A DNA stretch of 63,653 nucleotides, filler included, from Actinomycetota bacterium (lineage in GTDB: Bacteria > Actinomycetota > Acidimicrobiia > IMCC26256 > VFJJ01), in the NCBI GenBank assembly GCA_009886115.1. It is 8 parts of 8 records of this genome, joined end to end, with 100 filler letters (N's around TTAATTAATTAA, not from the genome) between each part and the next. Parts side by side here need not be neighbours in the genome. Positions count along the whole stretch, not along the records: positions 35,968 to 46,495 come from VFJJ01000034.1; positions 46,596 to 56,663 come from VFJJ01000056.1; 6 more parts are not named here. The stretch is one strand, 5' to 3'. Shown here piece after piece: positions 40,923 to 50,974 of this stretch. The notes beneath the pieces are model-generated. The model saw only the letters and a program-made list of their open reading frames with translations. It was not told the DNA's origin and made no database searches. The position numbers and the translations under genes were made by a program. How positions within the stretch are numbered: the stretch's first letter is position 1; each line of letters opens with the position of its first letter.

Positions 40923-41053
40923 GACGTCCAGCGTAAGGGAAGCCGAGCGCCGGCGGATCGGCCGAAAGAACGAGCCGCGCATCGTTCGTTCGGTCGGTCG
41001 TGAATGGCCAGATGCCCGATGTCGTCGACTGCCGGTATCGCGACGATGTCCCC

Positions 41054-43597
41054 ATGCCTGCATCGACAACCAAGAGCCCACCGAGACCCACCGGCGCGAG
41101 CACGGGTGGTGAGCCGATCGGCCGGCAGGCGACCGTGCTCGGCCGGCTCGCCGGCTGGTGCTTCGACCACCGGATCAAGGCGGTGGGCGTCTGGCTCGTC
41201 GCGCTCTTCACGATCTTCGGCGCGGCCGGAACCGTGGGCTCGCACTTCAGCGCGAGCTCCGCCGTCCCCGACTCCGGCAGCGCCGCGGGCTTCGCGGTCC
41301 TCGAAGAGCACTTCCCCGAGCTGGGCACCGGCGGGCAATCCGGGACGATCGTGTTCAAGGCACGCCAGGGGGTCGAGGAACCCGAAGTGCGAGCAGCCAT
41401 GGAAGAGCTGTTCGGCCTCGTCGACGCCGGCTTCCCCGACAGCGACGGTGTGCCGCAGTACCCGGGCGGCACCGTCATCTCGCCGTACTCCGAGCGAGGC
41501 CAGGGCCAGATCGCCCGCAGCGGACCGCTCGCCAACCAGGTCGCCTACGCGCAGGTCAACCTGTCCGCCGCCGTCGACGACACCGAGTCCGGCCGTCTCG
41601 GTCAGGCAATCAGCGAGCACGCCCCCGCCATCGACGGCCTCGAGGTGCTACCCGGCGGCCAGTACCTCGCCGTGGTCGAGCCTCCACAGACGGAGCTGAT
41701 CGGTCTTGCCTTCGCCATGCTGGTGCTGATCATCGCGTTCGGGTCCGTCCTTGCCATGGGGCTCCCGATCGCCGTCGCGCTCGGCGGCGTCGGAGCCGGC
41801 ATCGCGACGACGCTGCTGTTGAGCCACCTCTTCACCATCCCCGCCGAAACCACCCTGCTGGCGATGATGATCGGGCTCGGCGTCGGCATCGACTACGCCC
41901 TCTTCATCGTCTCCCGCTACCGGGAAGGCCTCCACGCCGGACTCTCACCGAGGCACGCAACGGTGGCTGCAATGGAATCCGCCGGACGTGCCGTGGTCTT
42001 CGCCGGCACCACCGTGATGATCTCCATGCTCGGTCTCCTCCTCGTCGGCATCGGTTGGATCGGAGGAATGGGCATCGGCGTGTCGACCACCGTGCTGGCC
42101 ACGATGCTCACCTCCACGACGCTCCTCCCGGCACTGCTCGGCTTCGCACGGCAGCGGGTCGAGCTCACTCGCTGGCGTGGCCTCCTCGCCGCCGGGTTCA
42201 CCGCAGTGGCACTCCTCGGGCTCGGGATCGGGTTCGCGCCGCTGGCGGCGATCGGCGCCGTGCTCGCCGCGCTCACCCTCCTCGCGAGCCTCGCCGTCCG
42301 GCCGCTCCGCCGTCCCGTCCCGCGGCGTATGTCCAAGCCGGTGCGGGCGACCTACGCCTACCGCTGGAGTCGCACCATCCAGCACCACCCGTGGCGGTGG
42401 CTGATCGGCGCGACCGCCCTGCTCCTCGTCCTGGCCGCACCGGTCACGAGCCTGCGTCTCGGCTGGGCCGACGAGGGGAACTTCCCCAAGAACACGACAA
42501 CCCGGCAGGCCTACGACCTCCTGGCGCAGGGTTTCGGGGACGGGTTCAACGGCCCGTTCCTGATCACCGTCGTGCCCGACACCGACGACTCGCCCGAAGC
42601 CATCGTGAGACTGCACCGCGCCCTCGAACAGACCGCCGGCGTCGCTGCCGTCACGCCCCCCACCGCGGATGACCCCGCGCAGCCGGCCGCGTACCTGATG
42701 GGCCTCGTCGCGACGACCGCACCCCAAGACGAGGGCACCAGTGACCTCGTCCGTCGGCTGCGCAACGATGTCATCCCCGTCGCGGTGGCGGGAACCGGGC
42801 TCGACGTGCAGGTCACCGGCAGCGCCGCGACGAACATCGACATCACCGACTACCTCGCCGAGCGCATGCCCATCTTCTTCGGTGCGGTGCTTGTCCTCTC
42901 GTTCCTGCTGTTGATGACGGTCTTCCGGTCGCTGCTGGTTCCGCTCAAGGCTGTCGTCATGAACGTGCTCTCGATCGGCGCGGCGTACGGCGTCGTGGTC
43001 GCCGTGTTCCAGTGGGGATGGGCCGGCGAGCTGCTCGGCATCGAAGGCGGACCCATCAACCCGTTCATCCCCATGATGCTCTTCGCCGTGGTGTTCGGCC
43101 TCTCCATGGACTACGAGGTCTTCATGCTCTCCCGCATCAGGGAGGAGTACTTGCGAACCGGCGACGCCACCACCTCCGTCGCCGACGGCCTGGCGTCGAC
43201 GGCCCGAGTGATTACCGCCGCCGCCGCGATCATGGTCGTCGTCTTCGCCTCCTTCATGCTCGAAGACATCAGGGAGATCAAGCTGTTCGGCCTCGGACTC
43301 GCCCTGGCCGTGCTGCTCGACGCCACGCTCGTGCGCATGGTGGTCGTCCCGGCCACCATGGAGCTGCTTGGCGACCGCAACTGGTGGCTCCCGAGGTGGC
43401 TCGACCGGCTCCTGCCCCACGTAGAAATCGAGCGCACCGAGCATCCCCTGCAGCCGCCCGTCGGCGACGAACCCCAGCCGGTCGTCGCGACGGCACCGGC
43501 CGACCCCGACGTGCGCGCCGCCGAACCACAGCCAGTCGCACGCGCGGCTTCGGTGCCTTCACCGAGCTCGCGTCCATCCCCGAGAGCCTGGTGGTGA
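41054..43597 (+). CDS. MMPL family transporter
   Basis: [19 protein letters not shown] and [18 protein letters not shown]. Confidence 0.93.
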   Translation: MPASTTKSPPRPTGASTGGEPIGRQATVLGRLAGWCFDHRIKAVGVWLVALFTIFGAAGTVGSHFSASSAVPDSGSAAGFAVLEEHFPELGTGGQSGTIVFKARQGVEEPEVRAAMEELFGLVDAGFPDSDGVPQYPGGTVISPYSERGQGQIARSGPLANQVAYAQVNLSAAVDDTESGRLGQAISEHAPAIDGLEVLPGGQYLAVVEPPQTELIGLAFAMLVLIIAFGSVLAMGLPIAVALGGVGAGIATTLLLSHLFTIPAETTLLAMMIGLGVGIDYALFIVSRYREGLHAGLSPRHATVAAMESAGRAVVFAGTTVMISMLGLLLVGIGWIGGMGIGVSTTVLATMLTSTTLLPALLGFARQRVELTRWRGLLAAGFTAVALLGLGIGFAPLAAIGAVLAALTLLASLAVRPLRRPVPRRMSKPVRATYAYRWSRTIQHHPWRWLIGATALLLVLAAPVTSLRLGWADEGNFPKNTTTRQAYDLLAQGFGDGFNGPFLITVVPDTDDSPEAIVRLHRALEQTAGVAAVTPPTADDPAQPAAYLMGLVATTAPQDEGTSDLVRRLRNDVIPVAVAGTGLDVQVTGSAATNIDITDYLAERMPIFFGAVLVLSFLLLMTVFRSLLVPLKAVVMNVLSIGAAYGVVVAVFQWGWAGELLGIEGGPINPFIPMMLFAVVFGLSMDYEVFMLSRIREEYLRTGDATTSVADGLASTARVITAAAAIMVVVFASFMLEDIREIKLFGLGLALAVLLDATLVRMVVVPATMELLGDRNWWLPRWLDRLLPHVEIERTEHPLQPPVGDEPQPVVATAPADPDVRAAEPQPVARAASVPSPSSRPSPRAWW

Positions 43598-43836
43598 CGA
43601 AGCCTGCAATCCTCACGTTCGACCAAGCAGCGGCCGTGCCGCTCGCCGCGTCGACCGCCCTCCAAGCCCTGCGCGACCACGGACGCGTCAACGCCGACCA
43701 CAGGTCCTGATCGTCGGCGCATCGGGAGGCGTCGGAACGTTCGCAGTGCAGATCGCGAAGGCTCCCGACGCCGAGGTCACCGCCGTCTGCAGCACAAGGA
43801 ACCTGGAGATGGTGCGCTCCCTCGGCGCCGACCACC
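43542..43836 (+). pseudogene. MDR-family NAD(P)-dependent dehydrogenase fragment, frameshifted
   Basis: [10 protein letters not shown]...[22 protein letters not shown], then in another frame [17 protein letters not shown]...[16 protein letters not shown]. Confidence 0.75.
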
Positions 43837-43933
43837 CCACTACACGTTGGTCGACGTCACTGCACCGAGAGCAACGCAAGAACCGACACTGCGCGCGTCA
43901 GCAGCTCACGACGCGACCCACAGGAGCTGACCC

Positions 43934-44557
43934 GTGCAACCGACCTCGTCCGCCTATCCGATCCACTTCGACGTCGACTATCCCGACCGCCCACTCGACC
44001 GGGTGACGACCTTCTTCCGCCTGATCCTGGCCATCCCGATCCTGATCGTGCTCGCGACGATCGGCGCGACCGGCAGTGATGACGGCGCGTCGTTCGCATG
44101 CATCGCCGCCGGGATCCTGTTCATCCCGCCGCTGCTGCTGATCGTGTTCCGCCAGAAGTACCCCCGCTGGTGGTTCGACTTCACGCTGGCGTACCTGCGC
44201 TTCCACAACCGGGTGGTCGCGTATCTCCTGCTCCTCCGAGACGAGTACCCCTCGACCGACGAGGAGCAGACGGTGCACCTCCACCTCCCGTATCCCGACG
44301 TCTCCGCCGACCTGAACCGGTGGATGCCACTCGTGAAGTGGTTCCTCGCCATCCCCCGCTACATCGTCTTGATCGTCCTCGACGTCGGCCTGGTGTTCGC
44401 AGCGATCGCCGCCTGGTTCGCCATCGTCTTCACCGGCCGCTATCCGCTGGGCCTCTTCGACTTCACGGTTGGTGCCATGCGCTGGCACAACCGAGTCATC
44501 GGCTACGCCTTCGCGCTGGTCACCGACGAGTACCCGCCGTTCCGCCTGGCTGTCTGA
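43934..44557 (+). CDS. DUF4389 membrane protein
   Basis: Two repeats: FRLILAIP...YPRWWFDF...DEYPS and KWFLAIP...GRYP...DEYPPF. Confidence 0.85.
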   Translation: MQPTSSAYPIHFDVDYPDRPLDRVTTFFRLILAIPILIVLATIGATGSDDGASFACIAAGILFIPPLLLIVFRQKYPRWWFDFTLAYLRFHNRVVAYLLLLRDEYPSTDEEQTVHLHLPYPDVSADLNRWMPLVKWFLAIPRYIVLIVLDVGLVFAAIAAWFAIVFTGRYPLGLFDFTVGAMRWHNRVIGYAFALVTDEYPPFRLAV

Positions 44558-45062
44558 CGCTCGGAGGGCGACGCCACCTACCGCCGGCTGAGCGGCAGTT
44601 CAGATTCGGTGCGTGATCGTCGACTCTGGGTGTCGGGTAGTCGTTGCCGACGTAACGAACCGCCCGGTGGATGCACTGCGATGGACACGGCGGGGCGTTC
44701 CGCGAGCTGCCTGCGACTCGCTCGGTGGTCGTTCTTCCGGCCGATCGGAGCGCAGTCGCCCGCAAGACAAACCGGCCTGTCCTGGCACTCCCGCTAGCGC
44801 TAGCCTTGAGAAGCGCCCGGTCGTTGGTGAGCGACACGACCCGGGCGGTGAGGGGGATCTCGGACCACACCAACTCGGTGGGGGACACCATCGACCACCG
44901 CTGTCGGCCCCACCGGTGACGCCACCTGCACAGCGTCAACGGGGCGACCGGGACCGCGGCGTCGCGTTCGGCGGACGGTGTGTTGCAGGCCCGCAGTCCG
45001 ATCGACCCTGCGGCGATCACCGCGATCGCCGCGCTTGCGTACATCGTTGAGCGCTGCATCGA

Positions 45063-45344
45063 TCAGGTCGCGTTGTAGACGGTCGTCGCGATCGTGTGCG
45101 CGAGTCCGGCGATCATCGCGGCACCGATCCCGCCGAGCACCCATTTCTTGCCGGCCGCCGACGCCGAATAGCTCGACCCGAAATGCCCGACACCGGTCGC
45201 GACCCCGCCGATCAGCAAACCGGCGACCGCAGCGGCGAGCGCCGCGTACTTCAACCAGCCCAACACCTGCGTGATCAGCGCCCCGCCCGGCAGCGACGCG
45301 TCCGGTTCCGGATCCGGGACCTGCGCCCACGTCTGGCCGCACAA
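45063..45344 (-). CDS. VirB2/TrbC-like pilin of an actinobacterial conjugative element (remnant)
   Basis: LPGG...QVLGWLKY, two TM segments separated by AAGKK; followed by a degenerate TM ORF at about 44900-45059. Confidence 0.55.
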   Translation of the reverse strand: MCGQTWAQVPDPEPDASLPGGALITQVLGWLKYAALAAAVAGLLIGGVATGVGHFGSSYSASAAGKKWVLGGIGAAMIAGLAHTIATTVYNAT

Positions 45345-45442
45345 CTGGTGGGACTACGGGTGCGGCACCAACTCGACCGGCTGCTCTACCTGTGGGATCG
45401 GCGTCACCATCGAAGACAAGCCGGCAGCGTTGAACTGGCTCG

Positions 45443-45890
45443 GTGGTCGAAGCGTGGCGAAGCGCGTTCAGCTCTGGTCCGCACTCAGATCGCTCGCGCA
45501 CGGGCTCGCCCGGCGGCCGTCCGGCCCCCGTGTCCGCGTGGTCCACCCCTCCGGAGTTTGCTCCCGACGAGATCGCTCACCTTCCCGACACCGATTGGTT
45601 CGCCTTCGGGATGCTCGCCGCCCGGCTCGTGGCGAACCTTGAACATCTGCCGGCCTCGTCGGCTGCACTCCTGCGTGCCTCTGTTGTCGAGCATCTCAGC
45701 TCGGCCTCGGCGAAGGATCTCGGCGCGCGCGAGATCGATCTTCTACTCCGCCTCATCGCGCCGGATCCGCTGGCGCGTCTCCGCCACTTCGAGGAGATTG
45801 CGCGTGAGATCCAGGAGATCGAACGCTTGTTGTCAGGCGACAACGACGGGCGATCGCAAGCTCTGGTGGTGGTGGTAGATCCAAAGCCCG
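45443..45890 (+). pseudogene. Protein-kinase-like C-lobe fragment
   Basis: WSTPPEF...TDWFAFGML...LLRLIAPDPLAR resembles kinase subdomains VIII, IX and XI. Confidence 0.45.
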
Positions 45891-45891
45891 G

Positions 45892-46059
45892 ATGCGCGAA
45901 GGGCTGCTGGCGGCGGCGGTCGCGGTTGGTCTGGAGGTGTTCGGCCAGTTGCTGGAAGCGAACGTGACCGCTCTGGCGGGTGTCAAGGGCCGCCACGCCC
46001 CCGGGCGGAGCGCAGTGCGTCACGGTAGCGACCCGGCGAAGGTGGCGAATCGGTCTTGA
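45892..46059 (+). mobile_element. IS256-family transposase N-terminal fragment
   Basis: MREGLLAAAVAVGLEVFGQLLEANVTALAGVKGRHAPGRSAVRHG (translated by hand; not in the ORF track). Confidence 0.7.
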
Positions 46060-46082
46060 GACGCTCGATACGGTCCATGAAC

Positions 46083-46127
46083 GTCAGAGTAGCCTGACAC
46101 TCACCTAGCCTGTCAGGCTACCCTGAC
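46083..46127. repeat. 17-bp inverted repeat (1 mismatch) with self-palindromic arms
   Basis: GTCAGAGTAGCCTGACA-N11-TGTCAGGCTACCCTGAC. Confidence 0.8.
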
Positions 46128-46336
46128 CGTTCGGGCCACGGTCAGACCGCCAGCAGACGATACGTACCCGATCTCACCGGGCCCCCGTCATCGCGATCGA
46201 CAGACCACGACCGACAGCGGTCGCACACCGGGACGATCCAGCACAGCTCCCGGGACACGTCCCCCATGCCGTTGGGCTCCCGCGACGGCCAACGCCGACC
46301 GAGAAACCTCCCCGCTCACAACCACCCGACCTATGA

Positions 46337-46495
46337 GGCTCTCCTGCTGCTTCCGTGGGTGGGTATCACGTGTCGCGGCCGGGTAAGGCTGGGCAGTATC
46401 CGCCCCGGTCGAGGTAGCAGAGGGCGATGAGAGCGTCGGTGTTCTTGTAGCCATAGGCGATGCGGGTGAGGAGCCGGAGTTTGGTGTTGACGCTC
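46337..46495 (-). mobile_element. ISL3-family IS right end (transposase C-terminus 46366-46494 + terminal IR)
   Basis: SVNTKLRLLTRIAYGYKNTDALIALCYLDRGGYCPALPGRDT*, then a terminus reading GGCTCTCC on +; at contig end. Confidence 0.8.
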
Positions 46496-46904
46496 NNNNN
46501 NNNNNNNNNNNNNNNNNNNNNNNNNNNNNNNNNNNNNNNTTAATTAATTAANNNNNNNNNNNNNNNNNNNNNNNNNNNNNNNNNNNNNNNNNNNNAGCGG
46601 ACCGGCAGGCAGCTTCGCTCCGGCTCCGGCTCCGGCCCCGCCCCCGGTCCCGGCTCCGGCCCCGGCCCCGCCTCCGGCCCCGGTCCCGCCTCCGGCTCCG
46701 GCTCCGCCGCCCGGCCCGGCTGAGCCCCCCACACCCGCACCGCCACCGGAGCCCGCTCCTGCGCCTCCCGCGCCGGCGCCACCGGCCCCGCCCCCCGGCG
46801 ACACGATCACCACGATGAGCGGCGGCAGCTGACGAGCATGTCGCCGAGCCGCCGTCACCGCGGCGGCACTCCGGGGACAGACCGAGGGCCCGGGCGCGAC
46901 CGGC

Positions 46905-47528
46905 TCAAGCAGCGACGTGAGCCGTCCCGAGATAGAGGGCGCCCAGGATCTTCGGACCGGGCAGGGTCGGTCGCTCGCACTCGATCACGCTGAAGCCGGC
47001 CTGCTCGACGAGCTGACGGATGGGGCGGTCGAGGTGGCAGCCCCCGGCCCAGCGTTGCTGCACCCCGTCGAGGCGGTGCTGCCAGCGCTCGACCCGGGGG
47101 TCGTCAGAGAGGCCGTGGTCGAGGAAGTGCAAGCGCCCATTGGGCTTGAGCACCCGTCGCAGCTCGGCCAGCGCACCCTCCACGTCGGGGATCGTGCACA
47201 GCGTGAACGTTGACAAGGCGGCGTCGCACGATGCATCGGGGAGCACGATCCCGGCCCCGTCGAGCCCCACGAACTCGACGCTCAAGCCCGGCGGCGCCCC
47301 GGCGATGCGCTGCTCCGACAGGCGACGAGCCACGGTCGAGGGTTCGACGGCCAGGAGGCGTTCGACCTCGGGCGGGTAGTACCCGACGTTGGTCCCCGAG
47401 CCGAAGCCGACCTCGACGACGGTCCCGTGCAGGCCGGCGCACACCCGCTCGCGCAGGCGCCCGACCCGCTTCGTGCCGAGGGCCCGGTCGGTGAAGCGGG
47501 GCAGGAGGTGATCGGTCCACACGCGCAT
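46905..47528 (-). CDS. Class I SAM-dependent methyltransferase
   Basis: VVEVGFGSG, STFTLCTIPD, RRVLKPNG, GGCHLDR. Confidence 0.9.
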   Translation of the reverse strand: MRVWTDHLLPRFTDRALGTKRVGRLRERVCAGLHGTVVEVGFGSGTNVGYYPPEVERLLAVEPSTVARRLSEQRIAGAPPGLSVEFVGLDGAGIVLPDASCDAALSTFTLCTIPDVEGALAELRRVLKPNGRLHFLDHGLSDDPRVERWQHRLDGVQQRWAGGCHLDRPIRQLVEQAGFSVIECERPTLPGPKILGALYLGTAHVAA

Positions 47529-47595
47529 GGAGTGCATTCTGCCCGCCGGGCCCCCCGGGCGGCGCCCCGCCGGGCCGGACGGGGCCGAGCGGCGG

Positions 47596-49128
47596 TCAGT
47601 CGTCGGAGAGCAGGGCGGTGCCGTCGATCCACACCGGGGGCGTGTCGACGCCGATCTCCACGATCGCCACCGACGATCCGCACACCGACGGGGCCAGGGC
47701 GAGGCGTTGGTCGCAGCGGTACGAGCCGCCGAGGAAGCGGGCACGCTCAGCGCGGTCGTCGAGCACCTCGAGCACGTCGAGGGGACGCCCGCGGCTGTCG
47801 TAGCTCCGGGACAGCAGGTCGGCGACGTCGACCAGGGCCGAGAAGGCCACCGCGGCCAGGCCGCCGCGATCGCGTCCCCGCATCGCCTCGGCGAACGCAT
47901 CGCCCGCCTCGGTGCCCGCGGTCACGACCGCCTCGCTGGCGTAGAAGCGCCGGCCGCCGGACGTGGCGTCGACCCCCTCGCAGGCCCCGCTCATCAGGAC
48001 GGGCTTCGATCGACCGGCCGCCGCCAGGGCCGCGCACGAATCGGGCTCGGCCAGCACGATCACGGCGTCGACGCCTGCCGCCCGTCCACCCGGCGCCAGA
48101 TCGGCTCGAGCCTCGGCCGGTGAGACGTCGACGACCGAGACGCCGGCACGCTCGAGCGGGTCGATCACGAGGATGCGAGCGAGGGTGTCGCTGGCGAGCG
48201 CGTCGGCCGTCACGACGGCGACCGTGTCGGCCTCGAGCTCGCCGCGGGCGTAGGCGGCCAACGCCGGGAGCTGGGTGAGCGACCCGCCCACGAAGAAGCG
48301 GGCCTCCTCGGCGCCGTAGTCCTGCAACAGCCGGGGAATCCCGCCCACGACCGGGATGTCGGCCTCGGCGAGGACGGGATAGAGGGCGGGCGAGCCGAAG
48401 TCGACCCCGAGCAGCACCACCCGGGCTTCGACGGCCACCATCAGCTCTCCGCAGCGCCGTGAGCTGTCGGGCGTGCCGTCGGTGAGGCAGAACTGCAGCT
48501 CGACGGGCACGCCACGAACCCCGTCGAGCTCGTCGTTCACATACTCGGCGGCCGCTGCGAACGCCTCGGAGATCTCGGGGAACGAGCCCACCTCGCTCTC
48601 GTGCTGGTTCACGAACCCCACGGTGATGGCATCGAGCCGAAGCGGTGCCACGGTCGTTGTGGTCGGCGGCGGGGTCGGCGGCGGGGTCGGCGCCTCGATG
48701 CCCGTGGTCGTGACCGTCGCCGCCACCGGGGACGACGCCGACGATCCACCGCCTCCTCCACCGGCGGCGTCAGCGGCCGCCGAGGCGGAGGCGGCAGCCG
48801 AGGCGGAGGCGGAGGCGGCGGCGGAGGGGTCGGCGATATCCGGGTCGTCGCCCGCACGATCGGCGAGCACCACGATCACGACGATGGCAACGGCGAGCAC
48901 CAGGGTCGAAGCGACCGTTGTGACACCGAGACGTCGTCGAGCGTTGCGCGGCGAGTCCCGACGACCGCCGGTGCCGGCTCCCCCGGTCTCGGCGGCTCGG
49001 ACCCGGGTCGCTTTCCACTCGGCCCGAGATCGGGGCTCGACGGCCGGCCCCGGTCCGGGAGCGGGCGGGAGGGCGCCCGGAGAGCCCTCGGCGGATGCGC
49101 CCTCGGGGGGCTCGGAGTCAGTCGTCAC
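47596..49128 (-). CDS. Membrane-anchored ABC-type substrate-binding protein (PBP type 1)
   Basis: Single TM, Ala/Thr linker, ITVGFVNQ...YVNDELDGVRGVPVEL..C. Confidence 0.75.
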   Translation of the reverse strand: MTTDSEPPEGASAEGSPGALPPAPGPGPAVEPRSRAEWKATRVRAAETGGAGTGGRRDSPRNARRRLGVTTVASTLVLAVAIVVIVVLADRAGDDPDIADPSAAASASASAAASASAAADAAGGGGGGSSASSPVAATVTTTGIEAPTPPPTPPPTTTTVAPLRLDAITVGFVNQHESEVGSFPEISEAFAAAAEYVNDELDGVRGVPVELQFCLTDGTPDSSRRCGELMVAVEARVVLLGVDFGSPALYPVLAEADIPVVGGIPRLLQDYGAEEARFFVGGSLTQLPALAAYARGELEADTVAVVTADALASDTLARILVIDPLERAGVSVVDVSPAEARADLAPGGRAAGVDAVIVLAEPDSCAALAAAGRSKPVLMSGACEGVDATSGGRRFYASEAVVTAGTEAGDAFAEAMRGRDRGGLAAVAFSALVDVADLLSRSYDSRGRPLDVLEVLDDRAERARFLGGSYRCDQRLALAPSVCGSSVAIVEIGVDTPPVWIDGTALLSDD

Positions 49129-50678
49129 CGACCGGCGAGCGTAGTCACCCCCAGGAGCTCGGCCGGGGAGGGTACGGCGCCCGTCTCCAGCCAGTCCGTC
49201 ATGGTCGACAGCGCGCCCGTGAGCGTTTCGGGCGTGAAGGTGCAATGCCCGGTCGTCGGAACGACGGCCTGGGCGAGCAGCCCGGCCGAGCCGGCAGCGA
49301 CGACGCGCTGGCGGTATCGCTCCTGGTTGTCGAGGGGAACGATGGTGTCGGCCGCCGTGTGGATGCTGAGGACGGGTCTGGTGAGCTCGCCGCTGGGCTC
49401 GGCGTGTGCGGCCAGGTACGCCCGTGCGGCGCCGTCGGTCTCGACCAACGCCGCACGCCGATTCATCGCACCGAGGAGGGTGTCGACGTCGAGGCCAGAG
49501 GCCGTGAGCTCACGGCGAGCCTCGAGGTCGAGCATCCAGCCGTCGTCGGGCGCTGACAGCGGCTGCCCGCCGGCGCGTCGGGTGAGCTCGACGCGTGCCT
49601 CGGTGGCCAGGCTCATCGTGAGCCAGAGCCCGCCCGTGTAGAAGTCGGACGGGTCGGCCCCGATGGCGAGCCGGATGAACTCGAAGCGCTCCTGGTTGGC
49701 CGGATCGCCCAACTGGCGGGACACCAGCGGAGCGACGTCGTCGGCCCAGCTCAGATCGGCTGCGGGATGCTCGGGCGTGCCCCAGCGCGCCGGCCATCCG
49801 AAGGCGGCGGCGTAGGCCTCGGCCAGGGCCAGGCCGTTGGTGTCCCACCATTCGAGCGACCCGCCGACGATGCCGCAGAGCGCGATCGCCCCGTCGAACA
49901 CGTCGGGACGGGCCTCGATGGCCGCGACCGTCACGAGCCCGCCCATCGACTCGCCCCACACGACGACCCGGGGCGGACGGCCGCCGATCCGGTCGAAGGC
50001 GTGGAGGGCGAGCGCCGCGACATCCCCGGTGGCGTCCTCGATCGCCCACCCGTTGCTGCGATAGGCCGTTCCCGCCAGGCCGTACCCGGCGGCCAGGAGC
50101 GCGTCGACGTCGGCTCGGGCCGGTCCGAGCATGACCGATCGGTCCTCGGGGGTGACCAGGTCGGGCGCGGCCGCCCGAAACCCGTGGGCGAACACGACCA
50201 GCGTGCCGTTCCACGCTTTCGGCACCACCACGCGGTACGGAGCGCCGTCGAGCTCGCCCGATTCGTCGATGGCCGCCACGGTCGCCGGATCGACCAGCGA
50301 GCGGGCCGTCAGCGCGAGCACCGCCCGGCCACCGTCGGCGTCGCCAGCGCCGTCCGGGCTGTCGTCCGGGCTGAGGTGCGTTGAACCCGTCGGGGCAGCG
50401 GGTTCGTCCGATCGTGCCGTCGGTGCGTCGGGACGGGTGCCGGCCTCGGAGTCCGCTCGCTGAGACGCTCGATCTCGGCGATCGGACGCGACCCTCGATC
50501 TCGTCGAACGGGTGTCACCGGTGGCGCTGACCGAGGCGTCGGCCCGATCCTCGCCCGACGACGGCAGCCCGACCAGGCGGCCCCCAGCAAGGACCGCCAC
50601 CACCGTCACGCACAGCGCGAGCCGCTGGAGCGACGCGACGCGCCGTTGTCCCGATGTGCTGCCTGATCGCGCCGCCAT
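49125..50678 (-). CDS. Secreted alpha/beta-hydrolase
   Basis: GELDGAPYRVVVPKAWNGTLVVFAHG, GESMGG, HTAAD, GHC. Confidence 0.8.
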   Translation of the reverse strand: MAARSGSTSGQRRVASLQRLALCVTVVAVLAGGRLVGLPSSGEDRADASVSATGDTRSTRSRVASDRRDRASQRADSEAGTRPDAPTARSDEPAAPTGSTHLSPDDSPDGAGDADGGRAVLALTARSLVDPATVAAIDESGELDGAPYRVVVPKAWNGTLVVFAHGFRAAAPDLVTPEDRSVMLGPARADVDALLAAGYGLAGTAYRSNGWAIEDATGDVAALALHAFDRIGGRPPRVVVWGESMGGLVTVAAIEARPDVFDGAIALCGIVGGSLEWWDTNGLALAEAYAAAFGWPARWGTPEHPAADLSWADDVAPLVSRQLGDPANQERFEFIRLAIGADPSDFYTGGLWLTMSLATEARVELTRRAGGQPLSAPDDGWMLDLEARRELTASGLDVDTLLGAMNRRAALVETDGAARAYLAAHAEPSGELTRPVLSIHTAADTIVPLDNQERYRQRVVAAGSAGLLAQAVVPTTGHCTFTPETLTGALSTMTDWLETGAVPSPAELLGVTTLAGR

Positions 50679-50828
50679 GCCGCGGAAGCCTCCCGCCCAC
50701 GACCACCGTCCGTGGTGATCTCAGGAGGCTTCGGCCGCGACCGGCGACCCTGAAGCGGACCCGGCGACATCGGTCCCCTTGGCCCGGGATGTCTCCTTCG
50801 CCGACGCTGCAGCGATGCCCGCGGCCCG

Positions 50829-50887
50829 CGGCCCCAGGCCGGGTCGCGGCCCCAGGCCGGGTCGCGGCCCCAGGCCGGGTCGCGGCC
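50829..50887. repeat. 18-bp tandem repeat (CGGCCCCAGGCCGGGTCG)x3
   Basis: Read directly, intergenic. Confidence 0.85.
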
Positions 50888-50974
50888 GCGGCGGCCGCGC
50901 CGGCAGCAGGGCCGCGGAGAGGCGCAGCCAGACGAGGGCCTCGCCCGGTTCGAGCCCCAGCCTGAGCCCGCTGA

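Noticed and set aside
46596..46858. Gly/Ala-rich ORF resembling PE-PGRS or collagen-like proteins
   Set aside because: Hexamer low-complexity DNA at a contig edge; frame and product cannot be determined
50829..50887. Short repeat arrays (also 39072 and 58649) as CRISPR
   Set aside because: Head-to-tail units of 8-18 nt with no spacers and no cas genes
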